Assembly (NCBI GenBank): GCA_035084275.1
Contig: CM068743.1
Span: 91,016,001-91,080,000, forward strand
DNA from: Hydrolagus colliei
Lineage: Eukaryota
Direction of reading: 5' to 3'
Length of the DNA: 64,000 nt
The translations under genes and the position numbers were made by a program. The notes beneath the pieces are model-generated. The model had not been told where the DNA came from. It searched no databases and saw only the letters and a program-made list of their open reading frames with translations. Positions 25,958 to 38,689 of this stretch are shown piece by piece; the first letter of the stretch is position 1, and each line of letters starts with the position of its first letter.

Positions 25958-27024
25958 CAGCTTGCCATTGAAAGCACTGTAGAACAGCGATAGAGGTACT
26001 GTGCTGTACAGGATTATTGCACAAATAAGAATCTGTTCATTTGACATAGCACTTATACTTCTCAAAGCAGCTAAGAGGAATTGTTGTGAGATATATTCAT
26101 AGGCAAAAATGGCAGCAAATTTGCACACAGCAGAATCCCACAAATAGCCATGAAATGAAAGCCTAATATTGTTTGGGGAGATTGTTGTTCAGAAACTCAC
26201 TTTTATAGTACCATGGGGTCTATAGAATTGAACATATACTACATGCCCTCACTCCTACTGAGAGACATTGAAAGTGGGGAACAAAGGCAAAAAATATAAA
26301 ATAAATTTAAATAAATAAATAACTACTTTTGATATTTGAGATAGTCATTATGAAGCTAATGCATAGAGATTAGTCCTCAGCTGTTTTAACAACAGTACCA
26401 GTAATGTGGTAGACACTGTTGTGACTGTTACAACAAATTACAATGTGAAATACAAATAACTTTACACTGTTGTTAAAGCTTGGCAATAGTCACCAGTACA
26501 GTTAAGAACATTACCAACATTTGAGAGTAGCTTGATAGAAAACACATGTACTGCTTTCAATTTTTCCTTAAAATACTTTACAGAACATCAGCTTCAAAGT
26601 TGAGGTTTTATGGAAGAAATTGCCAAATTTTGGTCATTCTAAAAATGCTACATAAATAGAGCAAATCCAGAACCAAATTGAATTTCTACTGTCCTTCTGA
26701 ATATTCCTCAACAAATATGTTATCAAACCAATTTATCATTTAAGTATATCAGTCCTCTAAACAGCAATCAACAACCATAACTTGCATTTATATAGCACCC
26801 TTCATGCAAGCCAATGTCTCGGAATGCTAATCAGTGGCGGAGCCTGATATCAAGCCGAAGCAAGGGAGTAAGTGACCGTAAGCAACAACAACAAAATTAC
26901 ATTTATAGAGCGCCTTTAATATCGGGAGAACGATGTTATGATCGAAGAGGAACTTCTTGAGTATTGATCTAAACGAGAGAAAGGAAGGGAGCAGATGGAT
27001 GCAACTTCAGTTTAACGTCACAAC

Positions 27025-27245
27025 TGAAGTTGGACTGCAGTTGGTATTGTGTCTCGTTTGGGGCATGTAAAGCCCATAGACAAGGAGACACAGAGAAGAT
27101 TGATACAGAAGATTGTTACAGGAGATTCACTTGGCTGGTATCAGGGATGAAAAGTTTAATTTATGAAGATAAAGTAGAGAAGCTGGAGTTCTGTCCTCAA
27201 GAAAAGAGGAGATTGAGAGGAGACCTGAGTATTGTAATTTAAAAT
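27025..27245 (+). mobile_element. CR1 RT C-terminal fragment
   Basis: RRFTWLVSGMKSLIYEDKVEKL...EKRRLRGDL, matching the CR1 ORF at 31237-31911. Confidence 0.8.
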
Positions 27246-28294
27246 CAGGCTGTTGGTTCCTGGCTTAGTTACTGTTATGGCATTTCTCAGTGTGTAAATG
27301 AAAAGCCAGCACATCTAACATTCAGTCAGTCTCTGACAAAGTTCAGCTCTTCTCACAGAATATTTAAATCCCCTTAGTAGCTGTGGAATCACTAGACAAA
27401 TCAGACGATGGCAGCTTCCCGATCAGTTTGACAGTTTTGTTAGTTTACCTAAATGCTTGTTGCAGTAAAACATGGGAAACTAATGGCCAAAGTTCAGACA
27501 CTGTATATTCAAATGGCGTTGTTAATCACAGACAACTGAAAAATTGGACAAAAGGAAGCGTTGCACGAACAGTGTGACCCAGTCTCGACACATATAGACC
27601 AGGGCCATTAATCGCAATTTGGTGCTGGTTTGAGATTCAACATGAGATCCATGTATAACGACAATACTAAAATCCTTCAAATTGCCACAAAAACAAGGGA
27701 TCAATAACCTCAAGGCTGTTGATCCTTGGACAGTGATGCTTTTACCATAGGTTGCAATGTTTTTATTATTCATCTCCAAACCGATATCATTCAATCTACA
27801 TTTTCTACACTGCCAACTCACTTGCTTTTTTCATTCTTAGTGAAGCTTAAATCAGAGAAGAGACTCAAGATTGTATCTCACTTTAGTGGATAAGATTATT
27901 GAGATTACATTATTCCAATTCCATTATTCCAAGTTTATTGAGATTACATTATTCCTCCTGCCCTGATACTGTCACATGGAACAACAACAAACAAGTACAG
28001 CAAATTGCATTTATGTAATTCCTGTCATGTCAAGAGGATGGTATGGATAGTCAAGGATTTTCACTCGAGCTGGGGTGGATTCGAGAGGGTTGGAGGCTAT
28101 GGGGCTGGGTGTGGCAAGATGAAAGAAGGCTCTGTCAAAGAAGAAAGACGAGATGAGTGAGGAAGTGGGCGGCGCATGTGAACTGTGAGCAGAGGAAGTG
28201 AGCCGGGTTGGTAAGTATTAGAAGATCAGAGAGGTAGGTGGGAAAAACTGTGGAGGGATTTAAAAGTACTGTAAGGACAATAATCATGAAAATA

Positions 28295-28520
28295 ATTCTC
28301 TGGGGCATTCATCAGGTCTCTATTCTCTGTTCTCTTCTTTATAACATCTACATACACCTACTAGCAATGTCATCTCCAGGCATAGGATCAACTTCCACAT
28401 GTATGTGGTTGACACCCAACTTTATTTCTCTGCTTTGTGTTGATTCCAGGACCACCGATGCACTGACCTGTCAGACAACGTTACTCCACCCCATCCTGGG
28501 ATTCGAGTCCTTTTCCATTT
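28295..28520 (+). mobile_element. L2 RT fragment
   Basis: GIHQVSILCSLLYNIY and, after a frameshift, NFHMYVVDTQLY (degenerate GVPQGSILGPLLF / YADDTQLY). Confidence 0.7.
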
Positions 28521-28874
28521 ATACTGAGGTGCAATTCCAGGGGCCTTGGATAACCACTAGCATTTTGTCCGTGCAACTATTATTTCATATCTGAACCTTT
28601 ACATGGGGCTATAGTTTGCAGCATTTCAAAACTATTAACAGATTTAATATTATACCTCTCCTGGCAAATTGTTTCATTTTGTAGACCCAATCATACAAGC
28701 TTTTTTAAATTGGGAGCAAACACTTTTTTATATTTTAAACTTCTAAGCCCTAATGTGTCATCAAAATAATTTGTTTCTGTTCAACATTTATTGTCTACGG
28801 TTTCCCTCAAGGATGATGAATCCCATCCTTTCCACAGCTAAAAAATAAATGATCAAATGAATCAAAGTGTCAGA

Positions 28875-28887
28875 TGCCACCTAGTGG
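28875..28887 (-). promoter_or_regulatory. CTCF-consensus motif
   Basis: TGCCACCTAGTGG, reverse complement CCACTAGGTGGCA, in non-repeat sequence. Motif match only. Confidence 0.45.
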
Positions 28888-29149
28888 ATTGATAATATTG
28901 TCAATGATGCATTGGAAACACTGCAAACTTTACCCTGATAATTGCTGGTGAGTCATTCAGCCGTGGACCCACATTGACTTGGACCAACTGGTTTGGTCCC
29001 TAAACAACTTCTTGGAAGAGGCTTCAAGAAAATAGGTCAAAATGGAAATTATAGTTCTAAATCTGCAGTTATACCATAATTTTAGTATCAATTCCTCAGC
29101 ATGTTGACTTAACATCCTCATTCTAATCTTCAAATACCTCCTACCCAAT

Positions 29150-31225
29150 CAGCAACAATAACGTGCACTTATAAAGCATTGTTTATGCAGAATAGCATCT
29201 CAGAGAGCTTAATAATGACTCAGAGCTACTGGGGTTTGAAAAGGTGGGTTTTCAGGGGACTTGAAAAGGGGGTAAGAGGCAGCAAGGCAGAGGGATTGAG
29301 GGAGAGTGTTCCAGAGATTTATGGCATTGCAGCTGAAATCGAAACCTCCAATGGTGGAGTAGAAGGTGCGAGGGACAAACAGGAGGCCAGGGACAGTCAA
29401 GTGGAGGTGTTGGGTGGTGGATTGGGGAATGAACAGGTCAGAGAGCAGGTCAGAGAGGTAGGAAGGTGTCAGCGAATGAAACGATTCGAACATGAGTGTG
29501 AGGATCTTAAGTTTATCCATGTGATGAATGGGAGCGAGTGATGATGGGGAGCCAGTGGAGGCTGGCCAGAACTGGTGAAATACCGGTTGCGGAGTTTGGT
29601 GGTGTGGGATTTGGTCTGGGTAAGTATGCGGGCTGCAAAGGTTTGAATGAGCTGGATTTTTTGAATAGTGGAGCTAGTGAGACTGGTGAGGAATGCATTT
29701 GATTAATCCAGGCAGGAGGTGACAAATGTATGAAGAATGCTTTCAGCTGCATTTGTCAAGGTGAAATGATTGGTTAAGTAGCTTTTGTTCCATGCGAATG
29801 CAATCCCTCTCAGGTGGGATGATATGGTTGACTGTGTTAAATGTGGCAGAGGAATCCCGGAGGACAAGGATATTACTGGCAACTTTGACAAGCACTATCT
29901 CTGTGTTATTGGCAGGGCGATAACCAGACTGTATCAGGGGGTAGAGGGAGAGGTGTGACGAAAATTGACTTGCAACAATACGTTCCAGGACTTTAGCAAG
30001 GAAGCCTACGTTGGAAATGGGATTGTAATATGAGAGATTAGAGGGTTCAATGGTATTTTTTTGAGGAGTGGTTTGATAATATTGGTTTTCAGCGACAGAG
30101 GTGTGAGACTTTGTGACCATGTAGGCCAGCAGGGGGAAGAGGAGGGGAGTTGAGTGACAAGCAACTGGGCAGGTGGTGAACTTCATTCTGGTGATTGTGG
30201 CTGAGAGGGAAGACAGAGAAATGGGGGCAAAGGAGTGCAAGGATTGGGGAGTGGCAGGAGCTGTGGCAGAGGGAAAATCAGTGTGGATGGTCTGGGTGCG
30301 GTGGAAGGCAAGCAGCGTTTTCAATCTATGAGCAGAAGAGGTCTAGGACTTCTTTCCACTTGGCATTTGATGGAAGGATAGAGGGAGCTAGAGGTGATCC
30401 AAGGAGGTGGTGACAGATGATGGAAAACAGCGTCTTTAGCTTGTTTTTGGCCTCCAGGATGTCTTTGGAGTAAACATCAGTTTGGATTTGTGAATGGGAG
30501 AGGCGGTAGGTTAACAGGTGCTGAGTCACAGATGATGGTGAATTATGAGGCCCAATTTCTGCCATTTGTGCTCAAGTGTCCGGGTTTATATGAGCGAAGA
30601 TGACTTTTGTATCGGGGAGCAGGTGGGTTTGGAAACAGCCCTGGACTTCAGGGGAGCTAGGGAATTAAAGACCATAAGACCATAAGAATTAGGAGCAGGA
30701 GTAGGTCATTCGGCCCTTCAAGCCTGCCCCACCATTCAATAAGATCATGGCTGATCTTCTGACCTAACTCTAATTATCTGCACTATTCTCATATCCCCTA
30801 ATCCCTCTATTTTTTAAAAATCTATCAGTCTCAGCCTTGAAAATGTTCAGGGACTGAGCATCCACAGCCTTCTGGGGTAGTGAATTCCATAAAGTCACTA
30901 CCCTCTGAGTGAAGAAATGTTTCCTCAACTCTGTTCTAAAAGGCTGATTCTTAATTTTAGGACTGTGACCCCCTGGTTATAGATTTAAAGGTTGTGGAGA
31001 GACGGTCATTCAATAGCATGATGGCTGCACCAGGATCTATGAAGGTGGAGGGCCAGAGGAAGAGATGTTCCAAGGAAGAGTGCATTTGTGAGAAACTCAG
31101 AGGGAAGTTTTTTCAAGGGGCAGAGAAAACTATGAAGGTTTGGAAGAGGGGAGGAGAGCAAGATGAGGAATGGTCAGAGATGGCCTCTCCTACAGAAAAT
31201 TCCTTCTTGTCGGACTCACCAACTC
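29150..31225 (-). mobile_element. L2 LINE (decayed ORF2), interrupted by a CR1 3' fragment
   Basis: NPISNVGFLAKVLERIVASQ, QSGYRPANNTEIVLVKV and LASLHWLPI; tail at ~29150-29215. Confidence 0.85.
30668..30985 (-). mobile_element. CR1 LINE 3' fragment nested in L2
   Basis: CCATAAGA repeated tail, AGGAGCAGGAGTAGG.CATTCGGCCC and ACCCTCTGAGTGAAGAAAT. Confidence 0.8.
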
Positions 31226-31227
31226 TT

Positions 31228-32765
31228 CATAGAATTTTACGGCAGAAAAGGAGGCCATTCGGCCCACCTAATCTGTGCTGGCTCTTTGAACAGAGCAACT
31301 TGATCCCACAGTCTAGCTTTTTCCCCGTAATCTAACAGACTTGTTCTTCCTAAATAAAGATCTAGTTCCCTTTTAAAAGCTGTTATGGAATCTGCTTCCA
31401 CCACCTTTTCAGGCAATGCATTCCAGATTCGAACAACCCACTGAGTGAAACAATTTCTCTTCAGCTCCCCTCTGCTTCGTTTTGAAACTATTTTAAATCT
31501 GTGACCACGAGTCACCGATTCGCCCACCAGTGGAAACAATCTTTCCCTATTCACCCTGTTGAAACCTCTCATAATCTTATAAACCTCTATTAGGTCTCCT
31601 CTCAATCTTCTTTGTTCTAGAGAGAATACACCTAGTCTATCAAGCCTTCCCTCGTAGCTGAAGTCCCTCATTCCTGGTACCATCCTGGTAAATCTCCTCT
31701 GCACCCTTTCCAATGCCTTAATATCCTTCCTAAAGTGTGGTGACCAGAATTGTACACGGTACTCCAGCTGATGCCTAACCAAAGTCTTATAGAGGTTAAT
31801 CAGCACTTCCTGACTTTTGTATTCTATACCCCTATTTATAAAGCCTAGTATCCTATATGCCTTCTTAATGGCTTTGTCTACCTGTCCTGCCACTTTCAAA
31901 GAGTAAAACAAATCCCCAAGTCTCTCTGTTTGGAAACTGTACTCCCTAAACCCAAACCCAGATCATTAATATATATTAAAAAGAGCAGCGGTCCCAAAAC
32001 TGATCCCTGGGGGATGCCACTGCACACTTCCCTCCAGTCTGAAAAGCAGCCACTCACCACAACTCTCTGCTTTCTGTCTCGCAGCCAGTTGTGGATCCAT
32101 GCTACCACTGTCCCTTTAAAGCTGTGGGCCTCTACTTTCCTAATAAGCTTCTCATGCGGCACTTTGTCAAATGCCTTTTGAAAGTCCATGTAAACTACAT
32201 CAACTGCGCTGCCCTTGTCCACCCATTCTGTTACATCGTTGAAAAATTCTATCAGATTTGTAAGGCAAAATTTGCCTTTAACAAATCCATGCTGGCTGTC
32301 CTTTATTAGCCTATACCTTTCTAAGTGAAGATCTATCTTGTCCCTGATTATAGACTCTAGACGTGTGCCCACTATTGACGTTAGACTGTTCCCAGGTTTG
32401 TCCTTCTGCCCCTTTTTGTACAGGGAAGTAACATTAGCAACCCTCCAGTCCTCTGGTACCTCCCCTGTGTCCAAGGAAGATTGAAAGATTGTGGCCAGAG
32501 TCTCTGCTATTTGCTCCCGTACTTCCCTTAGTAACCTAGGATGCATCCCATCCTGACTGGGCGACTTATCTACCTTGAGCACCATCAACCTTTTTAGTAC
32601 CTCCGCTCTGCTTATGCTTATCTTAACCATTTCTACTACCCTCTCCTCCAATACTGTGACATTGGCTGCATCTTCTTCTCTTGTGAAGACAGAGGCAAAG
32701 TACTCATTCAGTACATCAGCCATGCCCTCTGCCTCCAAAATAAGATTTCCTCTTTGGTCCCTTAT
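31228..32765 (-). mobile_element. CR1 LINE, 5'-truncated reverse transcriptase plus 3' end
   Basis: ORFs 31896-32738 and 31237-31911: VPEDWRVANV, SQHGFVKG, YMDFQKAFDKVPH, PQGSVLGPLLFLIYINDL, LERVQRRFTRM, RLRGDLIEVYKI. The FADD region is deleted. Confidence 0.95.
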
Positions 32766-32769
32766 CTTC

Positions 32770-33310
32770 CCTTGACAAGATACAGATCATCAAAAACACT
32801 GCAGCCCGTGTCCTCTCCCACACCAGGCTCCATAACCTCATGACCCCCACCCTCATCTGGCTCCACTGGCTCCCCATCCCTCAGAGGATAGAATTCAAGA
32901 TCCTTGTCCTCACTTTCAAGGCCCTCCACATCCTTACCACCTCCTACTTCTCTGACCTGTTGACCCCCTATCAACCTGTCTGCTCCCTCCATTCAGTAGG
33001 ATCCGGCCAGCTCCTTGTCTCCTGCCCAACCTGCCTTACAATCAGTGGATGGGCTTTCAGCCTCTCTGACCTCACTCTTTGAAACTCCATCCAACAATAC
33101 CTTTGCCTTGTTCCCTCCCTTGCCTCCTTCTTGGCCCATCTTAAGACTCTCCTTTTCAACTGCGCTTTCTGGCATCCTCCTACCTCTGTGCCCTCACTCC
33201 TTCTAACCCTGCTCCCCCTCCCACAATGCTCAGATCCTGATCCTGATACCTTGGGACATCCTCCCAATATGAAAGGCACTCTACAAATGTAATTTTGTTG
33301 TTGTTGTTAT
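32770..33310 (+). mobile_element. L2 3' fragment
   Basis: LHWLPIPQRIEFKILVLTFKALH; TTG-repeat tail. Confidence 0.88.
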
Positions 33311-34310
33311 CCTTGATGTTGTTATCCTTGATGGACTGGTTGGAAATATCAAGGCAATGTGTGATGACAAGCATAGGGGGGTGGCCACGGTTGTGGGTTA
33401 GTGAATTAATGTGGAGGGTGAGGTTCAGGGCGGAGAAGAGGGTAGAGATATCCTTGGAGGTAATGCAGAATCCCGCTAAATCTATGATGTCTTGGGTTCC
33501 ATTTCACTTTCACTCCCTCCCCTCTGCTAATTCAGGCCTTGGGACGTCCTCCTGATGTGAAAGGCTCTATACAAGTATAATTTTTTTTATTGTTGTTGCA
33601 CATTCTTCACTCTATGATCACAATGGGAGCTTTCAGTAACTTTGCTAATTGAGCCGCATTGTATCTCTGTAAAGCATTTTGAGATACAATGTATTTTGAG
33701 ATGTTTCCAGCACCTTGGGACCTCTTCCTGATGCAAAATGTATTATATAAATGCAATTTCTTGGTGTTTTTTTTCCTACATATTGAAATCTCTGATACGT
33801 ACATGGTAGTTTGGCGCGAATGTGCCAGTTGTTTGGCAGCAACAATGCCAGAAGTTAAGTGGCCAGTTTTATCTGATGGCTTTCAGAATATTTCTGACTC
33901 CTGTTTCATTGCATCTGATGTCTTGCAATCCTTTATTTTTCCTAAAAAAGACATGAACAGATTGAAAAATTAATGATTCAAAATTGATGTACTCATGTAA
34001 GAATGGCTGAAAATAAATCCATCCATGCAGAATGTCATGCGTTTCATTCTGCGGCAAAGGATGAATCAGTTTGATAACTCATTTCTGGTCAATGAGCTTC
34101 CTGCACAGGGATACAACATTGTTGTAACTTCTGTTCCTACTTCCCAAATCTATGTGAGATCATTGTATTAAACTTCCCTTCTTTTCTTGTTTTATACGAT
34201 AATGAAAAAGAAAGGCTCAATCCCAAGATTACAGGAAATTGCGGACCAAGAGACAACTTGGGGTTTTTGTACCTTTATTTCCGCAAATCCCTGCCTGCTT
34301 CACTACTGCT

Positions 34311-34595
34311 TTTGAAATAGCGCTTTACACATCTTCTAGACATCTCAAAGCGCTTCACAAAATATAATGTAAAGTGAATTGACTGTGTCTTTATAGGCAA
34401 ACATAGCAGCCAATTGTGCATGGCAGTGTACCACGAACAGTCGTGGATTGAAATAACCAATTCAATATTGCTTTTTTTCAAGGGAATATTATCAAGCATG
34501 TGGAAATAAGGAAATTTACCCAGGTTTTGCCCTGCCTGGAATTGAACCCAGGTCTTTTGCTTGCTAGTCAAGTGCTCTAACCACTAACCACTGAG
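34311..34595 (-). mobile_element. tRNA-derived SINE
   Basis: Reverse match to the family head and body. Confidence 0.85.
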
Positions 34596-35447
34596 GCGTC
34601 TTACCATTATTTACTGAATCTGGCTATTCCATATCCTACATAATGATGTTCCCCACAGTGTAAAATAACGTGGAGTCCTGTAGCATATGGATTAGGACAC
34701 TTGCCTTCGAACCCAGTGGACCTATAATGGTAAATTTTTACTTTTCTACATCATTCAGAACACATTTTTGCATTTGCTTCTGTTAACACAAATTCATTCA
34801 TTTTCATATCCCTCTTCCTGCATAAGCAGCCTGGTTCCCAGCTGTAAACCCAATCTCCCAGTCAATTTGGGGTTAATCAATTATTTCTCCTTTTATATCA
34901 TAGCTGTTCTTCAACTGTGTTTCCAGTTGTGATATTAATTAAGTGTGCTCCTAGCATTCCTGTAAATATTAATAACCCTTAGATTTGATATAGTGCCTTT
35001 CACATCAAGAGGTAATCTCATAGTGCCAAGATATACAATACAAAATTGCATTTATATACAGGGACCAATCCAACTATAGGCAAACTAGGCAGCTGCTTGA
35101 CCAAGAAAATTGACGCGGGTGATAGAACTGTTGAGCGTACCACATGCTAGTACCAGCAGTGGCTTGCTTGTAGGCATTTAAGGCACATTCAACAACATTC
35201 ATTTGTATTTATATAGCGCCCTCCACTCCAGGCATCGTCTTCAAATGTTTTAAATTCAAGCTAAAAAACTTCATAACTCTGATAGTAGCAGATATTCCAC
35301 GGTACATAGACCAGACACTAGTCAAGTCCATTTCAACCAAATTGATTTTTTTTTATGAGTACTGTATTTAAATCTATTGAGTAACCTCAGTTATGAATTA
35401 TAGCTTAAGTTTGGTTTGGTGTAAAATACTGTCCTTTCATTTATAGT

Positions 35448-35716
35448 CCTTCAAGCGAGACCTGGGTTCAATTCCCAGCAGGGTGAAACCTTGGGCAAGT
35501 TTCCTAACTCCATACACCTGATAATAATTACTCAAAAAAAAGATAAATTGATCATTTTAATCCACGTCTGTTTGTGGGACACTGCTGTATGCAATTGGCT
35601 GCTGTGTTTCGCCCACATATATACAGTCAATTCACATTACAGTATATTCTGTGAAGCGCTTTGAGAAGTCCAGAATATGTGAAAAATACTATATCAAATG
35701 CAAGGATTATTATTAT
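35448..35716 (+). mobile_element. tRNA-derived SINE (5'-clipped)
   Basis: GACCTGGGTTCAATTCCCAGCAGGG...CAAATGCAAGGATTATTATTA. Confidence 0.9.
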
Positions 35717-35884
35717 AAAGTTAATATCCATCATTTCATCTTATTGTAGACTTTTATATAATGCAAGCTTTATTTTATCCCTACTCAATAGTTTAGTGAA
35801 ATTAGTTAGCTAATCTGAACAGTTTGTGTAAAAAACAAATTAGCATTTTGTTATTTTCTAAAATGATGGATAGGATTACATCGT

Positions 35885-36690
35885 GTGTCAGCTGGGCTCA
35901 ATTAGAAGCTATCTCAGCACTGAGTCGGAAGGTTGTGAATTTAAGCTCCATAATAGGACTTCAAACTCAAACGGTCGATTCCAGCCACTTGAGTGCAGGG
36001 CTTAGGGAGTGCTGCATTATTAGATGTTTGTCTATCTTGTCACCTTCAAAGCCTTGCCCCTTCCTACCTCTCTGACTTGCTGACCCCCCTATCAACCTGT
36101 CTCCCCCCCTTCCATTCAGCATGTTCCAGCCTGCTCTATGTCTGCCGCCTGATCCGCCCCACCATCGGTGGTCGGGCTTTCTGCACTCCATCCCACAATC
36201 TCTTTGCCTTGCTCCCTCCCTTGCCTCATTCAAGGCAGGTCTCAAGACTCTCCTTTTTGACAGTGTCTTCATCCTACCTATCTGCCCCTCTCATCCTAAC
36301 CCTGCCTCCCCCCAGTCCCAAACTTGGGTTCTGACCCCTGACTGTTTAGCGCCTTGGGACGTCCACCCAACATGACAGGTGTTCTACAAATGTAATTTTG
36401 TTGTTGTTTCAGATAAGATGTAAAAACCAAGATCCCATCCACCTATTCAGATAGATGTTATGGATTTGAAAAGGGAAGAGAGTTTCTCCCCATATTCTGG
36501 CCAACAATGCCGCAAAGCAAATTGGTCATTCGCTTTATGACTGTCTGTGGGACATTGCTGTGTCCAAATTGGCTTCTACATTCACCTATAAGATACATAA
36601 TCATTATACATTACAATATATCCTGTTAAATTCTTTGAAACATCCTCCTGATGTGAAAGGTGCTATATCAAATATTAGGACTATTATTAT
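35885..36690 (+). mobile_element. DeuSINE-like SINE with a nested L2 3' fragment (~36040-36408)
   Basis: Head GTGTCAGCTGGGCTCAATTAG; the SINE resumes at CAGATAAGATGTAAAAACCAAGATCCC after the L2 tail. Confidence 0.75.
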
Positions 36691-37494
36691 TTGGAATAAA
36701 ATGCTTCCTTTTATTTATTGAAGCCACTTTTTTTATATTTTAATAATTACAATTAATTACAAATGTATATGATTATTCAATCTATACTCTGCTTGAAAAT
36801 GTATATGATTTTAAAACAAATGGTTGCACTGTGAATCTATCCTTATATGTTTTAACTTCTCAAAAACAGGACATGCTTTGAATGAATTATTGCTGTCAAA
36901 TCTGTGGTTCTAGTTAATTGGTGGAATACCTATGTATAATGTATGGGAATAATGGATCATATCTTGTCTAAATATTCCAAAGCCATAAATAATACAACAA
37001 ATATTGTCTTCAATTTGGGGCTATCGCTGGTACATCATTTCTGGGACAGTTTACCACTTTAGTTATCAATTTGTATACAATACTTCTATATCAACATTGC
37101 CTGGGGATGGGGAAGGAGGCGGAGAGCGGGTGTCTGCATTAGATTACAGAACACCATAGAAGTAGCATTCACACATTAAATTCCTGTAAATTTCCTAAAT
37201 GTTCTTATATTTTTAGGTATATATTCCCATACACACATTGTTGATCCTGCTCCACATTGTACTCCACCACTGTCAAGCCTTTGCGATGCTACCTTGTATG
37301 AGGGTGCTACATAAATGCAAGTGGTTGTATGCAAGAAGCAAAACTGGAGGCAACTCTTAAATAAATGCTAAAAAATAAATATTTATTTGTGGGGGATTCT
37401 CTGTCCTTGTTACATTATTCAATTGTTAGGTCTTAGGAAAGAAAATCTATTGACATTGAGATGGGATTGCCCACCGCACCCAGTTTCTCCAGTC

Positions 37495-37719
37495 ATTTAG
37501 CTGCTTGCCAATAAAATATTTTTATGGAGGGATTATTATCCCCTAAATTGATCCATTAATTTACTAACAACTAAGTTCCTACTCATTCCTAGGTAAACAG
37601 AGGTATGTGAAGTAAGGAGAGTTGCTTAAGGTTGGCTAAATTGTTGTTCCGCCTGGGAATCAAACAAGAGTCCTCTCGCCTTGCGAGGCGAGCGCGCTAA
37701 CCACTATGCTACAGGGCTC
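37495..37719 (-). mobile_element. tRNA-derived SINE 5' part
   Basis: Reverse of GAGCCCTGTAGCATAGTGGTTAGCGCGCTCGCCTCGCAAGGCGAGAG. Confidence 0.75.
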
Positions 37720-37986
37720 AATGATTTGTCTTTCGAACTCTAAACCTATGTCCTCTTTTTCTGTTGGCTTGGCGTACCTGAAAGTACCCCCATTGTGACA
37801 CAAGGGTTTGATAATATTCTTTAAACACATCAGTCTATGACCCATGCGAAGGAAGACGTTCTACTTTAGTCTAGATTTCATGTACAAATGTAGCATTTTA
37901 GAGCATCCAGAATTTGTTGTGTGGGATAACATGTTAAATCTTTGTTTCTGTAACAGGTTTGATACTGTCTGAGACAAGTGTATGTA

Positions 37987-38297
37987 CAGTTAACCCTCGT
38001 GAATCGTGGGGGTTACGTTCCTGGAAAATTGCGTTGGGTAAGCTTAACAAGTAATGGGAAAAGGGGGTTTAGGGGAATCCAACCACAATCTACCCACCTC
38101 AAGCCTCCAGGCACATCCACACCTGACCAATGTAAGGTACGTACTGAGGCGGGCTACAGCCAGCTGGCTCACTCCTCTCTCCCCCACCCACCCACCCCCA
38201 ATAAAGCAATAAAAAATAAAATAAAAAATAAAGCAATCAAGCAATAAAACCACAGCTAGGCTAAATTATTTTACTTTTGGCCCTAGAAGTGTTAGGA

Positions 38298-38335
<38 letters not shown>

Positions 38336-38601
38336 TCTAGTTACCATGCAATGCCAGCAGGATGCTCCAAGGCTGAAGAGTCATCGGACTTTCCCAAGGG
38401 TGCATTGCGAGCAGGGCCAGCCAGCCAAGGAATCATTGGATTTAGTCGGGAGCTGCCGGCGTCATCACAAGTGCGCATGCATGCAGGGGCCACCTGGTAT
38501 ATATAAGTTTTGCACGCACTGCGCAAAAAAGTGACGCTTTTTTTTCGTTGCGTATATTTGAATTCGCAATTGATAAAGTCGCGTTCGACGAGGGTTAACT
38601 G
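37987..38601 (-). mobile_element. Non-coding Tigger-family MITE, same family as 4576-5401 but inverted
   Basis: Ends CAGTTAACCCTCG / CGAGGGTTAACTG with TA on both sides. The first ~175 bp match the reverse complement of ~5210-5401. (CT)n at ~38299-38330. Confidence 0.9.
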
Positions 38602-38689
38602 TATATATTAACAAATAGATACATATATGTGAATTAAAAAAAGAAGGCATGGACTAGTTGATTTGAACAGCGTGTTGTATAATTGTATG

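Noticed and set aside
27896-27955. Short local duplication TTATTGAGATTACATTATTCC
   Set aside because: Ordinary slippage or repair duplication
34027-34052. Hairpin GCAGAATG/CATTCTGC
   Set aside because: An 8-bp stem is expected by chance in 64 kb; no RNA family features
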